Below, one piece after another: positions 18,346 through 27,212 of a stretch of DNA of 64,000 nt. Source of the stretch: an uncultured Dehalococcoidia bacterium (GTDB lineage: Bacteria > Chloroflexota > Dehalococcoidia > Lucifugimonadales > UBA1127); the NCBI GenBank assembly GCA_964625945.1, contig CAZVDP010000015.1:6703-70702 (forward strand). Reading direction: 5' to 3'. The notes beneath the pieces were generated by a model, which was given only the letters and a program-made list of their open reading frames with translations, was not told where the DNA came from and made no database searches. The position numbers were made by a program, and so were the translations under genes. Each line of letters begins with the position of its first letter. Position 1 is the stretch's first letter.

Positions 18346-19533
18346 ATGAACATCTTAATAAGAAATGTACGACTAATCGATGGAACTGGTGGCGATCCCG
18401 TACCTTCAGTGAATGTCGCAGTTGAAAACGGAGTGATCAGCTGGATCGGCGAGGGACACGTGTCCCCTCATAACCACAGTCGATTCGACGATATTAACGC
18501 AGAAGATCTGACACTTACTCCTGGCCTGTTCGATTGTCATGAACATTTCGCTGGAGAAGGCGGACAACACGGCGTAGCAGCAATGAATAGCGACCCGCCT
18601 GAACTGTTACTCGTGAAAGCAGCCGCAAACGCTCACCTCGCGTTGATGACAGGTCAAACCTCTGCACGTGACGTCGGATCGCCTCGAGGAATATCTATAA
18701 CTCTAGCCCGTGCGGTCGCGGCTGGAAGACTCCCAGGCCCCCGAATCACAGCAGCAGGCGAATGGTTGCAATTCCCAACAACGTGGTTTCAATCCAAGAT
18801 CCAAACAGTTCACACGTTGGAAGAGATGCAAGCGGCTGTAGAGTCAAGATTGCGTCAAGGAGCGGGTTTAATCAAAATCGGTGCAACGAGCCAAGATACT
18901 CCGGAGGAAATCGCATCTCGAGGAACTATGGGAGCTGAATTGGCCAAGCAGGTCGTGGAATTTGTGCACGGGTACGGCGTCAAGATTGCAGCTCACTGCA
19001 CCGGATTCGCCGGGACTCGAGAATTCGTGGAAGCCAATGGAGATTCCGTTGAGCACGGAACGCATATCGACAAGGAGACTGCTGACTTGATGGCAGAGAA
19101 GGGAACGATCCTCGTCCCCACGCTTTCTTGGCGGGACTACCTGTTCAAAGCATCCAAACGCCACGGAATACCCAAAGAGGAGGTCGATGCCTCAGAAGCC
19201 GTTCGGCAATCCCACTGGGAAAGTTTCCGCAGATGCCTCGAAGCTGGCGTACAGGTCGCGGCAGGAACGGATGCGGGAGGCGGCGACCCAATGCGGCACG
19301 GCAATATTGTTCGAGAACTTGAGGTAATGGTGGAATACGGCTTGTCTCCTATGCAGGCCATTCAAGCCGCAACCCGGACAGCTGCAGAACTCGTCGGCAC
19401 TCTCCCTGAAAACGGCACAATCGAAGTTGGCAAACAAGCGGACTTTATCCTCGTCGATGGCGACCCCTTGTCCGATATCCGAGACTTACGCAATCTCTGG
19501 GCCGTCTTCCAAGGAGGGCGACGGGTCCGATAA
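18346..19533 (+). CDS. Amidohydrolase-family metal-dependent hydrolase
   Basis: Typical N-terminus (IRNVRLIDGTG...), the metal-binding HEH motif (DCHEHF), and AGTDAG near the C-terminus. Confidence 0.8.
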   Translation: MNILIRNVRLIDGTGGDPVPSVNVAVENGVISWIGEGHVSPHNHSRFDDINAEDLTLTPGLFDCHEHFAGEGGQHGVAAMNSDPPELLLVKAAANAHLALMTGQTSARDVGSPRGISITLARAVAAGRLPGPRITAAGEWLQFPTTWFQSKIQTVHTLEEMQAAVESRLRQGAGLIKIGATSQDTPEEIASRGTMGAELAKQVVEFVHGYGVKIAAHCTGFAGTREFVEANGDSVEHGTHIDKETADLMAEKGTILVPTLSWRDYLFKASKRHGIPKEEVDASEAVRQSHWESFRRCLEAGVQVAAGTDAGGGDPMRHGNIVRELEVMVEYGLSPMQAIQAATRTAAELVGTLPENGTIEVGKQADFILVDGDPLSDIRDLRNLWAVFQGGRRVR

Positions 19534-19543
19534 GTTTGCCAAT

Positions 19544-20044
19544 TCATCGGAAACCGAGATCCTCGCATTTCTGACACGTTTCTGCGGGGATCCATCCCCA
19601 ACGGATCAGATAGCCAAAGACAAAGCACCCAGCACAAAATCCAAAAACTGCCTCAAGAACAGCGAATACTGCCAACACTCCAATTAAGATTTCTGCTGCC
19701 GTAAACATGCCGAACCCATAAGCTAGGATTGTTGCGCTCATCGAAAAGCACAACCCTATACTTTGTGCGAACCGTTTCGGTGGACCGGCTACTGGCCGAT
19801 TCGGATTCCCTAGGAGCGGAACCAAAACCTTCGTAGCTACTAACCCCATAGGACTAAGGTTAGGACCAGAGATGACCCGAGCAAAGAACCCATATGCAAG
19901 GACTGGGATCAACCACCGCACATCACTAATTATGAGCACGATGCAAAGAATCGCCACCATCCCAGCGACCAGACGTGCAGCAAACTCGTTAACCGGATGC
20001 GGGAAACCAAAAATTTTAGAAGTCTGCCCTAACAGGAAACTCAT
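19544..20044 (-). CDS. DUF4395-family membrane protein
   Basis: 166 aa with 4 TM segments and a C-terminal CxxC (ETCQKCE). AGGAGAGG lies upstream of the ATG. Confidence 0.6.
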   Translation of the reverse strand: MSFLLGQTSKIFGFPHPVNEFAARLVAGMVAILCIVLIISDVRWLIPVLAYGFFARVISGPNLSPMGLVATKVLVPLLGNPNRPVAGPPKRFAQSIGLCFSMSATILAYGFGMFTAAEILIGVLAVFAVLEAVFGFCAGCFVFGYLIRWGWIPAETCQKCEDLGFR

Positions 20045-20065
20045 ACAACCTCTCCTAAATAAGAA

Positions 20066-20095
20066 GCCTCCTCAAGGAATCATTCTTGAGGAGGC
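20066..20095 (-). terminator. 11-bp hairpin with a U-rich tail, abutting the DUF4395 RBS
   Basis: GCCTCCTCAAG-8 nt loop-CTTGAGGAGGC. On the minus strand it is followed by TTCTTATTT, then AGGAGAGG and the ATG. It lies about 170 nt downstream of the aldo/keto reductase stop. Confidence 0.45.
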
Positions 20096-20265
20096 TCGAA
20101 CGTGACTGTGAGATAGTCTCTTCTTTACACGCCCGAACCCTCTTCGGGGGTGCAACAGAAGCAACAGCAAATGTTGTATACACGCATATCCATACGACTT
20201 ATTTTAACTCCTCAAGCTATCGCCAACAACTTACGCCCCACAGTGCAGAGGATAGCTACACTCCA

Positions 20266-21096
20266 TCACTGTGCGACAAACTCGGATGCTAAGCGTTCGC
20301 ATTCCCTCGTCATGGCTAGGTCCATGTCAACGTAGTCAGAAGGAAGATTCGCGTTCTCGAGAATTCTCGCTGGATGACTCACCCCTGGGATTGCTAGTGA
20401 GAGGAGAGGGTTCGACAGGACATATCCCAGGAGCATCCCAGGAGAGAGCGCAATCTGTTCGGGACGATCTCGCTTCATCGTCTTGAGGGCACTCATTCGA
20501 CCCGACCCTCCTAAAGGACGCATAGCGATGACCCCAATATCCTTTTCTTGCGCTAACTCAATTATCCACTCGGATTCCCGGAAGAAAGCAGAGTATTCCA
20601 CCATAACCACATCAAATTCATTCGAAGCAATCGCTAAGCGAAGTACTTCACTGTTATGCGAAGAGATGCCAATGTAATTTATTAATCCTCGAGCTCGAGC
20701 GATTTTGAGGCCAGCCAATGCGCCCTCATCATCACGCATTACCTGACGCCAATGGTCCAGTGTCGACACATCATGGAGTTGATAAATGTCGATCTGCCTA
20801 ACGCCCAAAACCGCTAGGCTACGGTCAACTGCGTACTGACAGGCGTTCATATCGCGTGCGAATGTCTTGGTCGCAAGGTAGACGTTGGGCGACAGTCCCT
20901 CCTGAACTACCTGCCCTATCAGGAATTCGCTCCCGTCATACTCTCTCGCTGTATCAATGAAATTTATTCCCACCTCGAGAGCAGAGCGAATGGTAGCCGC
21001 ACCGTCAGGTGAACGAGACGTATCCATCGCACCAAGCCCGACTTCCGATACCCAAAGATTTGTGCGTCCTAGGCGACGTTTTCGGATACTAACCAA
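20266..21096 (-). CDS. Aldo/keto reductase
   Basis: N-terminus RLGRTNLWVSEVGLGAM plus DTAREYDGSE (catalytic D/Y region). 276 aa. Confidence 0.85.
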   Translation of the reverse strand: MVSIRKRRLGRTNLWVSEVGLGAMDTSRSPDGAATIRSALEVGINFIDTAREYDGSEFLIGQVVQEGLSPNVYLATKTFARDMNACQYAVDRSLAVLGVRQIDIYQLHDVSTLDHWRQVMRDDEGALAGLKIARARGLINYIGISSHNSEVLRLAIASNEFDVVMVEYSAFFRESEWIIELAQEKDIGVIAMRPLGGSGRMSALKTMKRDRPEQIALSPGMLLGYVLSNPLLSLAIPGVSHPARILENANLPSDYVDMDLAMTRECERLASEFVAQ

Positions 21097-21167
21097 GAAC
21101 CTTCCTCGACGGCACGATCAAAGTCACGAAATACTCCTGGATTTCCAGACCTGTCGCTGGACCCCGG

Positions 21168-22376
21168 TTATCTCAATGCCCCATTTTCCTCAAATACAGA
21201 GCCGAGAACTCCTATCCCTTCTCGAATCTCCTGATGAGTCTGATGCCCGAAAGCCAAGCGTAGATAATTGTTTTCTGCTCTGTTAGCGGAGAATGATTGC
21301 CCAGTAGCGTAAGTCACGCCTCTTTCGCGTGCTTTGGCGAGTAATGTGGTCGTGTTGACATCATCTCGCATACGTAACCATAAGAACAAACCACCATCAG
21401 GCTGACTAGAAACTACGCGCGAGCCCATCGCCTCGCCGATAGCACCAAGCATTGTGTCACGCTTCCCCTTAAATATGTGACACAATTCCTCGATGTGGCT
21501 CTCCATATGGTCGCGAAGGTAGTAGTAAGTGGCCCAAGCAGAAAATTGCGCCGTCGGCAATCCATAATGAAGCTGATTGATATGCGAAACTACATCCGGT
21601 GGCGCAGCCAGCCAGCCAAGCCGCACTCCCGGAGCCAAAATTTTCGAAAAAGAACCTGAATAAAGGGTCATCCCTTGATCATCATAGGAAGAAATAGCAG
21701 GTGAGCTATCCCCCGAAAATCGGAGGTCTGCATAACAATCATCTTCGTAGATTGGAACACCATGCTTTTGAGCAACAGCAAGGATTTCTTGACGACGGAC
21801 CGGACCCATATCTGTCCCAACAGGGTTCTGAAATGTGGGAATCGTGTAAATGAATTTCGGCGACTTGCCTTGACCACGCAAGTCTACGATTGTCTGTTCC
21901 AAAAGATCTGGGCGCATCCCCTGTTCATCAAGAGGAATGCCTACGATGTTCGCTCCGAAACGATCCATGATTGTTAGGGTGCCCGAGTAGGTGAACTCTT
22001 CGGTAATTAATATGTCACCTGGGTCGCAAAACAACTGCGTGAACAAGCCGATAGCTTGACCTGAACCGGACGTCAACACGATTTGATCAGGGGTGACGTC
22101 CATACCGCGTGATTTCTTCAGTTTATTCGCAACGAATTCACGCAATGCCGGAAATCCTTGCGCGTGCGGATAGAACGCTAGGTCTTTCCCTCCATAATCA
22201 GACAGTGCCTTTCCCAAAGCTTCGTGAAGTGCTTCCAACGGTATCGAGTCCGGATCCAAGTGAGCAATGGCAAAATCGAATTCAGGCGGGGGCGAAGGCT
22301 TCGCCGGCGATCGACTGTTCAGGAACGAAGATACCCCTTTCGCAATCGAATCAGTGTAATCAAAACTCATGTTCAT
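21168..22376 (-). CDS. PLP-dependent aminotransferase (class I/II, 2-aminoadipate/MocR-like catalytic domain)
   Basis: 402 aa. SGSFSKILAPGVRLGW contains the PLP lysine. Confidence 0.8.
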   Translation of the reverse strand: MNMSFDYTDSIAKGVSSFLNSRSPAKPSPPPEFDFAIAHLDPDSIPLEALHEALGKALSDYGGKDLAFYPHAQGFPALREFVANKLKKSRGMDVTPDQIVLTSGSGQAIGLFTQLFCDPGDILITEEFTYSGTLTIMDRFGANIVGIPLDEQGMRPDLLEQTIVDLRGQGKSPKFIYTIPTFQNPVGTDMGPVRRQEILAVAQKHGVPIYEDDCYADLRFSGDSSPAISSYDDQGMTLYSGSFSKILAPGVRLGWLAAPPDVVSHINQLHYGLPTAQFSAWATYYYLRDHMESHIEELCHIFKGKRDTMLGAIGEAMGSRVVSSQPDGGLFLWLRMRDDVNTTTLLAKARERGVTYATGQSFSANRAENNYLRLAFGHQTHQEIREGIGVLGSVFEENGALR

Positions 22377-22541
22377 GGATCCCTCCGATGACGTGATTTT
22401 TTAAATAGCCCGAAATCTCTATTACGAGGCAGGGCTTAGCCGAGATCCTCAGGCCTAACACTGCCCTTTGCTCATGTCAACGAGATACCTTTTACCTTCA
22501 TTAGTGGGTTATCAGCAATCGGATCATCATGCTTAAGGCAT

Positions 22542-23225
22542 TTAGCACTCTATCAATTGAAGAAGCCTATTGAACCTAATCTGAAGGGTAGTAGCACTCG
22601 CCCCTATCACCGTTAAGCCCATCGCCGTACTCGTATCCGGACAAACCCAGCTTCCCATCAAACCTCCGCCAAGCGATTTCCCGGAGGGATCTGTTAGGCC
22701 GAACCCACCAAATTTTCCATCCAGATCGCCAACAGAGATATCCCCTTCGGTGATTGGCAAGAACGCGTATCCTGGCTGGATTAGACGCAGGGTATTATAT
22801 GTTTCAGCAAGCATCCCATCAGGGGTCGCATCAGCATCCTCCGCCCACAAAACGAAAGCAGCGGTTCCCTTGTAAGAGAATACCAGCAGCCCTTGACTCG
22901 CATCAGGAGCATCCTTGGATATCCCAGTCGCTGTTATATTCACTTCCTCATCAAGACGCATGACAAAGCCAAAATTATCATAGACATACTTTCCAGATTC
23001 TGGTATTGCTTGAAGGCTCGAAGACGCCTCGGGAACCTTGGTAGATACTGGTGTGGGAGTTGGTGTGGGAGTTGGTGTCTCTACTTCGACTGGCGTTACT
23101 GTAGGAACTTCAACAGTGGGCGTTATGGAAGCTGCCGATGGGTCTACGATCTCAGGCGCGGGGTCGCTGTTACATGCAATGACTAGCAACATCAAACAAA
23201 TTCCCGCGTATCGAATCACACTCAT
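22542..23225 (-). CDS. Hypothetical lipoprotein with a Pro/Thr-rich linker
   Basis: Lipobox LVIAC, a (TP)5 linker (nt 23049-23078), and a C-terminal domain of unknown function. Confidence 0.6.
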   Translation of the reverse strand: MSVIRYAGICLMLLVIACNSDPAPEIVDPSAASITPTVEVPTVTPVEVETPTPTPTPTPVSTKVPEASSSLQAIPESGKYVYDNFGFVMRLDEEVNITATGISKDAPDASQGLLVFSYKGTAAFVLWAEDADATPDGMLAETYNTLRLIQPGYAFLPITEGDISVGDLDGKFGGFGLTDPSGKSLGGGLMGSWVCPDTSTAMGLTVIGASATTLQIRFNRLLQLIEC

Positions 23226-23267
23226 AGTTTACCCCACGCATGGATCAATGATTAAAAACTTCTGCCG

Positions 23268-23357
23268 TGGCGGAGAGAGTGGGATTCGAACCCACGATCC
23301 CTTGCAGGATACCGCATTTCGAGTGCGGCGCCTTCAACCAGACTCGGCCACCTCTCC
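23268..23357 (-). tRNA. tRNA-Ser (anticodon CGA)
   Basis: The reverse complement folds as a class II tRNA: acceptor GGAGAGG/TCTCTCC, D-arm GGCCGAGTCTGGTTGAAGGC, anticodon loop CT-CGA-AA, long variable arm, T-loop GGTTCGAATCC and encoded CCA. Confidence 0.9.
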
Positions 23358-23412
23358 ACTACGCTATCATCCTACACCGGACGCTGTTCTCACGTCGACC
23401 CAGAAATCCAGC

Positions 23413-23441
23413 TTGACTCAGTTGGCGAGACCCTATACGAT
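23413..23441 (+). promoter_or_regulatory. Candidate promoter for the glmU leader
   Basis: TTGACT (23413-23418), 17-nt spacer, TACGAT (23436-23441). Confidence 0.35.
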
Positions 23442-23493
23442 GATCGGGCAGTGGACGCTGATTCGCTCATAAAATTGCCGTAGGTAACGAATG

Positions 23494-23538
23494 GCCTCTC
23501 AAACGGCCGACTGAAGGTCGCGGGAGGCTTTTTCTTTT
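23494..23538 (+). terminator. Intrinsic-terminator-like hairpin plus U-tract inside the glmU 5' leader
   Basis: Outer stem 23494-23500/23522-23528 (7 bp) and inner stem CGAC/GTCG. Followed by TTTTTCTTTT (23529-23538), then AGGAG and the GTG start at 23554. Confidence 0.5.
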
Positions 23539-23553
23539 GTAGGAGTAAAGACT

Positions 23554-24939
23554 GTGGCAACCTGGAAGGCCGTAATACTTGCGGCTGGACAAGGCAAGCG
23601 AATGCGGTCGCGCATCCCGAAGCCTCTACATCTCTTAGCCGGCAAGCCAGTACTGCTTCATCTGATAGAACAAGTTGAGTCTGCCGGATTCCTTCGCCCC
23701 ATCGTTGTAATCCCAAATCAGGATACATTGATTAGCCAAGCCTTGAACGGTCGAGCAGACTTAGCCATTCAACAAACACCCTCCGGAACTGGGGATGCCC
23801 TGATATCAGCCCTCGATACCCTCCAAGAGGACGTCGAACACTGCCTTGTGATCAATGCAGATCTTCCGCTGTTAAGAAGTCAAACTATCTGTGACCTGGT
23901 TAGCACGCATGTCGACTCCAATGCATCAATCACCCTGTTGACGACATGCGACTCAAGTCAAGCCGGGCTTGGCAAAATCATCAGAAAACCGAATGGTGGG
24001 ATTACGAGGATTGTAGAAGCCCACGATGCATCTCTTAAAGAACGGCAAATCCCTGAAGTCAACGGCGGAGTTTATGCCTTCCGCTTACATCCCTTACGAG
24101 AGAACTTGACTGAGCTTAAACCGTCATCTTCTGGTGAGTTGTATGTAACAGACCTTGTAGACATCACGGACAAGAAAGGCCAGCCGGTCGAATCTGTATC
24201 AGTGAGTGATCCCATCGAATTACTGGGGATTAACGACCGAGTGGATCTTTCACAAGCGGAACTTGCGGTTAGCCAACGGACACGTATCTATTGGATGTTA
24301 CAAGGCGTAACGCTTATAGATCCGTACTCTACGTTTATAGAAAGCACTGTGACTATCGGAGACGATACGGTAGTCCATCCGAACACCCATATCCGCGGTC
24401 AAACAACTATCGGGGCAGATTGTTCAATAGGACCGAATACCGTCGTCACGAATTCAATCATCGGTATTCAATGCAAAGTGACGTCATCGGTTATTGAACA
24501 GTCGGTATTGGAAGATCAAGTCGAGATAGGTCCTTTCTCACACCTCCGAGCAGGGACACATATCGAACAGAATGGACACATCGGAAACTATGTGGAAGTT
24601 AAAGCGAGCTATCTCGGAAGTGGAATTAGAGTAGGACACTTCAGCTACCTTGGCGATGCCCGCATCGGACAAGACGTCAATATTGGTGCGGGAACAGTAA
24701 CTTGCAACTACGACGGGGCCGGTAAACACCCGACTACGATCGGCAATAATGTCTTGATTGGGAGCGATACCATGCTCGTCGCTCCTGTACGAATTGGCGA
24801 CCATGCAATTACAGGTGCTGGCGCAGTAGTTACCGACGACGTCCCAGAAAACTCGCTCGTCGTTGGAGTCCCTGCCCGGATCGCGAACCACACTAATCCC
24901 GAACCTAGAAATCTCAAAAGGAGAACCAACATTGGATAG
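23554..24939 (+). CDS. glmU: Bifunctional UDP-N-acetylglucosamine pyrophosphorylase / glucosamine-1-phosphate N-acetyltransferase
   Basis: N-terminal LAAGQGKRM nucleotidyltransferase motif and C-terminal left-handed beta-helix hexapeptide repeats. 461 aa. Confidence 0.95.
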   Translation: MATWKAVILAAGQGKRMRSRIPKPLHLLAGKPVLLHLIEQVESAGFLRPIVVIPNQDTLISQALNGRADLAIQQTPSGTGDALISALDTLQEDVEHCLVINADLPLLRSQTICDLVSTHVDSNASITLLTTCDSSQAGLGKIIRKPNGGITRIVEAHDASLKERQIPEVNGGVYAFRLHPLRENLTELKPSSSGELYVTDLVDITDKKGQPVESVSVSDPIELLGINDRVDLSQAELAVSQRTRIYWMLQGVTLIDPYSTFIESTVTIGDDTVVHPNTHIRGQTTIGADCSIGPNTVVTNSIIGIQCKVTSSVIEQSVLEDQVEIGPFSHLRAGTHIEQNGHIGNYVEVKASYLGSGIRVGHFSYLGDARIGQDVNIGAGTVTCNYDGAGKHPTTIGNNVLIGSDTMLVAPVRIGDHAITGAGAVVTDDVPENSLVVGVPARIANHTNPEPRNLKRRTNIG

Positions 24940-26164
24940 CGGAGAGATTGGCGCATTATGTCTAGTTATCGCAAGCATAATACTTTCGAACTTTTTGGGG
25001 TCACTGCAACTCGGGCTCGATAGCCTACGGATAACACGACCCGTCGACCAACAAACACCACTGATTGCAAGTATCGAGATACTTCTGAACAATTACAGCT
25101 CACTATCCCTGTGTCTACGTTTGTTTCGTTCTCTTTTCGGAGCAACCGCTATTCTTCTCGTCCTCCGTTGGATCTCAATCGATCAGACGCATTGGTCGAT
25201 GACCTTAGTATTGATTCTTGCGTTGGGATTTGCCCTTATTAGCCTGCCACGGGTAGTTCTCGGCACAACCACTCTCCCGGAACGTATCGTAATAAAAGCA
25301 ACGCCTTTTCTCCGCATCTTCTTGTGCCTCCCGATCCCAGATGCGATCAGCACAAGTTGGCTGACAACTCGGATTCTAGGATACGGAGCATTGCCTAAAC
25401 CAGAAATTGACCAACAAATCGTCATCCCTGTGGGCAAACAAGCCAACCCACCAGACGAACACGACTTGCGAATGATCCAAGCGATACTCCGCATGGAGAA
25501 CACGACGGCGCGCGAAATCATGATCCCACGAGTCGACGTCGTTGCGCTTGAATCCGATCAAGAGCCGAGCGTTGCGGCGAGCAGACTCGCAGAAAGCGGC
25601 CACTCTCGCGTACCCGTCTACCGCGAAACTATGGACACCGTTCTGGGCATTCTCTATGCTCGCGACTTGCTGTCCATAATGGCCAAAGATGGATCTGTTT
25701 CAGATATATCTGGCTTGTTGCGTCCGGTTCATTTCATACCCGAAAGCCAACGGGTTGACGAACTACTCACTGAATTCCTTGCAGAGCAACGACAGATGGC
25801 GATCGTGGTGGACGAATATGGCGGCACTCAAGGGGTCGTCACTCTCGAAGACATTTTGGAAGAGATCGTAGGGGAGATCGCCAACGAATTCGCACACGAG
25901 GAACCCGTGATCCAAACAGTGACCCCTTCAGAAACGATCTTCGAAGCTCGCGCACCCATTGAATATCTCACAGACCGCTATGGGGTAACCCTCGAGGCGG
26001 ACGGTTTCGATACCGTAGGAGGATTTGTATACCGACTCCTTGGACGATTACCCAATCCCGGAGATCGAATAAGTTACGAAGGTTTGGAGCTAGAAATTGT
26101 AACGATGCTAGGCAAGCGGATTAAGAAGATACGAGTGATCCAATCTGACACCCCCTCCTCATAG
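24932..26164 (+). CDS. CNNM/CorC-HlyC family protein (DUF21 - CBS pair - CorC_HlyC)
   Basis: Hydrophobic N-terminal DUF21 region, a CBS pair (REIMIPRVDV...HSRVPVY...) and a CorC C-terminal domain. I prefer the TTG at 24932 (AAAGGAG upstream); the ORF track starts at 24863. Confidence 0.8.
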   Translation: MDSGEIGALCLVIASIILSNFLGSLQLGLDSLRITRPVDQQTPLIASIEILLNNYSSLSLCLRLFRSLFGATAILLVLRWISIDQTHWSMTLVLILALGFALISLPRVVLGTTTLPERIVIKATPFLRIFLCLPIPDAISTSWLTTRILGYGALPKPEIDQQIVIPVGKQANPPDEHDLRMIQAILRMENTTAREIMIPRVDVVALESDQEPSVAASRLAESGHSRVPVYRETMDTVLGILYARDLLSIMAKDGSVSDISGLLRPVHFIPESQRVDELLTEFLAEQRQMAIVVDEYGGTQGVVTLEDILEEIVGEIANEFAHEEPVIQTVTPSETIFEARAPIEYLTDRYGVTLEADGFDTVGGFVYRLLGRLPNPGDRISYEGLELEIVTMLGKRIKKIRVIQSDTPSS

Positions 26165-26219
26165 AAACAATTCTCAGCATACCTGGATATCCTGCACCGC
26201 GGTCAAACTACGCCAGAAC

Positions 26220-26260
26220 AAAAAGCGTCCCAAGTCGCTAAATGACTTGGGACGCTTTTT
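26220..26260. terminator. Bidirectional intrinsic terminator (copy 1)
   Basis: AAAAA-GCGTCCCAAGTC-gctaaat-GACTTGGGACGC-TTTTT. It lies about 55 nt after the CNNM-family stop. Confidence 0.8.
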
Positions 26261-26282
26261 GTTTACTTACTTGGGATAGGTT

Positions 26283-26424
26283 ACTTAGTACTCTCCGTAA
26301 GGACAATCGGGATCGTTACTAAGGTGCCTTCTCCACCATTGATTGTCAGGCTGCATACTCCAGCCGACACTACATTCCCACTAGTATTCAGGGGAATGGT
26401 CGTCGAGAATACCCCATCCCCATT
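26283..26424 (-). pseudogene. 3'-terminal remnant (about 47 codons) of a third collagen-like lipoprotein paralog
   Basis: The minus strand reads ...NGDGVFSTTIPLNTSGNVVSAGVCSLTINGGEGTLVTIPIVLTESTK*, homologous to the C-termini of the two intact paralogs. It has no start, signal peptide or G-X-Y region. Confidence 0.8.
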
Positions 26425-26480
26425 AGAAACAATTCTCAGCATACCTGAATATTCTGCACCGCGGTCAAACTACGCCAGAA

Positions 26481-26523
26481 GAAAAAACGTCCCAAGTCGC
26501 TAAATGACTTGGGACGTTTTTTG
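26481..26523. terminator. Bidirectional intrinsic terminator (copy 2)
   Basis: AAAAAA-CGTCCCAAGTC-gctaaat-GACTTGGGACG-TTTTTT. It lies about 20 nt after the stop of the collagen-like gene at 26543. Confidence 0.8.
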
Positions 26524-26542
26524 TTTACTTACTTGGAATAGG

Positions 26543-27163
26543 TTACTTAGTACTCTCTGTAAGGACAATCGGGATCGTTACTAAGGTACCCTCACCACCA
26601 ATGAGTGTCAGGCTGTATACTCCAGCCGTGACCATATGTCCGCTAGTATTCAGAGTGATGGTGGTCGAAACCACACCATCCATATCTGCATTTACGCCTT
26701 CACCTGCGAATCCTCTCGGATTTGCGCCAGCGATCTGCGGCAACACATACTCTTTCCGCTGAAACCCTGAACCATAAACGCTGATTGACTCGTCTTCTCC
26801 TAGTACGTAAGCCGCCTTGTCAGTAGCGGCGCCAGCGCCCACGATCGCCGTCCCGGCCTCACCTTGAGGTCCAGCAGGTCCTGCCGGCCCAATGGGTCCC
26901 TGATCTCCCTGAGCACCAACCAACTGACCTACGACAGGCTGGATGATCGAAACCACCGCTGCCTTAATTTGGTCATCGGTCGGAGCAGGCCCTGGATCTC
27001 CTTGCCAGCCCTGGGCCCCCTGCGGACCTTGGGCTCCCTGCGAGCCTTGCACACCCTGAAGACCAGGCTCACCTGCACATGCAGAAGCCAGAGTCAAAAT
27101 CACCGTTAGTGCCACCACGAAGGGGAGGAAACGTATTCGCTTCACCCAAGAAGTTTTCATCAT
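26543..27163 (-). CDS. Collagen-like (G-X-Y repeat) lipoprotein, paralog B
   Basis: Start ATGATG after AAGGGGGA, and lipobox LASAC. It has two G-X-Y blocks (GEPGLQGVQGSQGAQGPQGAQGWQGDPGP and GAQGDQGPIGPAGPAGPQGEAG) and a C-terminal domain of about 100 aa. Confidence 0.8.
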   Translation of the reverse strand: MMKTSWVKRIRFLPFVVALTVILTLASACAGEPGLQGVQGSQGAQGPQGAQGWQGDPGPAPTDDQIKAAVVSIIQPVVGQLVGAQGDQGPIGPAGPAGPQGEAGTAIVGAGAATDKAAYVLGEDESISVYGSGFQRKEYVLPQIAGANPRGFAGEGVNADMDGVVSTTITLNTSGHMVTAGVYSLTLIGGEGTLVTIPIVLTESTK

Positions 27164-27212
27164 ATCCCCCTTATATCGGCTCAATAGGCCGTGTTTATGT
27201 CCTTAAGATGTC

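Larger units (their letters stand above)
26163..26686. repeat. Tandem direct duplication, 2 x 262 bp
   Basis: Unit 1 is 26163-26424 and unit 2 is 26425-26686. The spacer-plus-terminator part differs at only a handful of positions over about 120 nt. The coding part is clearly more diverged. Confidence 0.9.

Noticed and set aside
20100-20265. Possible small structured RNA gene (SRP, 6S or tmRNA-like) in the 220-nt gap between the aldo/keto reductase and DUF4395 genes
   Set aside because: I found only short local hairpins (for example CCCGAA-ccctc-TTCGGG) and no conserved SRP or tmRNA motifs. The evidence is insufficient to call an RNA gene.
23390-23728. 112-aa minus-strand ORF spanning the tRNA-Ser upstream region and the glmU start
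   Set aside because: It overlaps the strongly supported glmU N-terminus antisense. It also crosses a region better explained by a promoter and terminator hairpin, and it has no motifs.
26163-26686. CRISPR-like or other regularly spaced repeat array
   Set aside because: There are only two long (262 bp) units and no short repeat/spacer periodicity. No cas genes are present.
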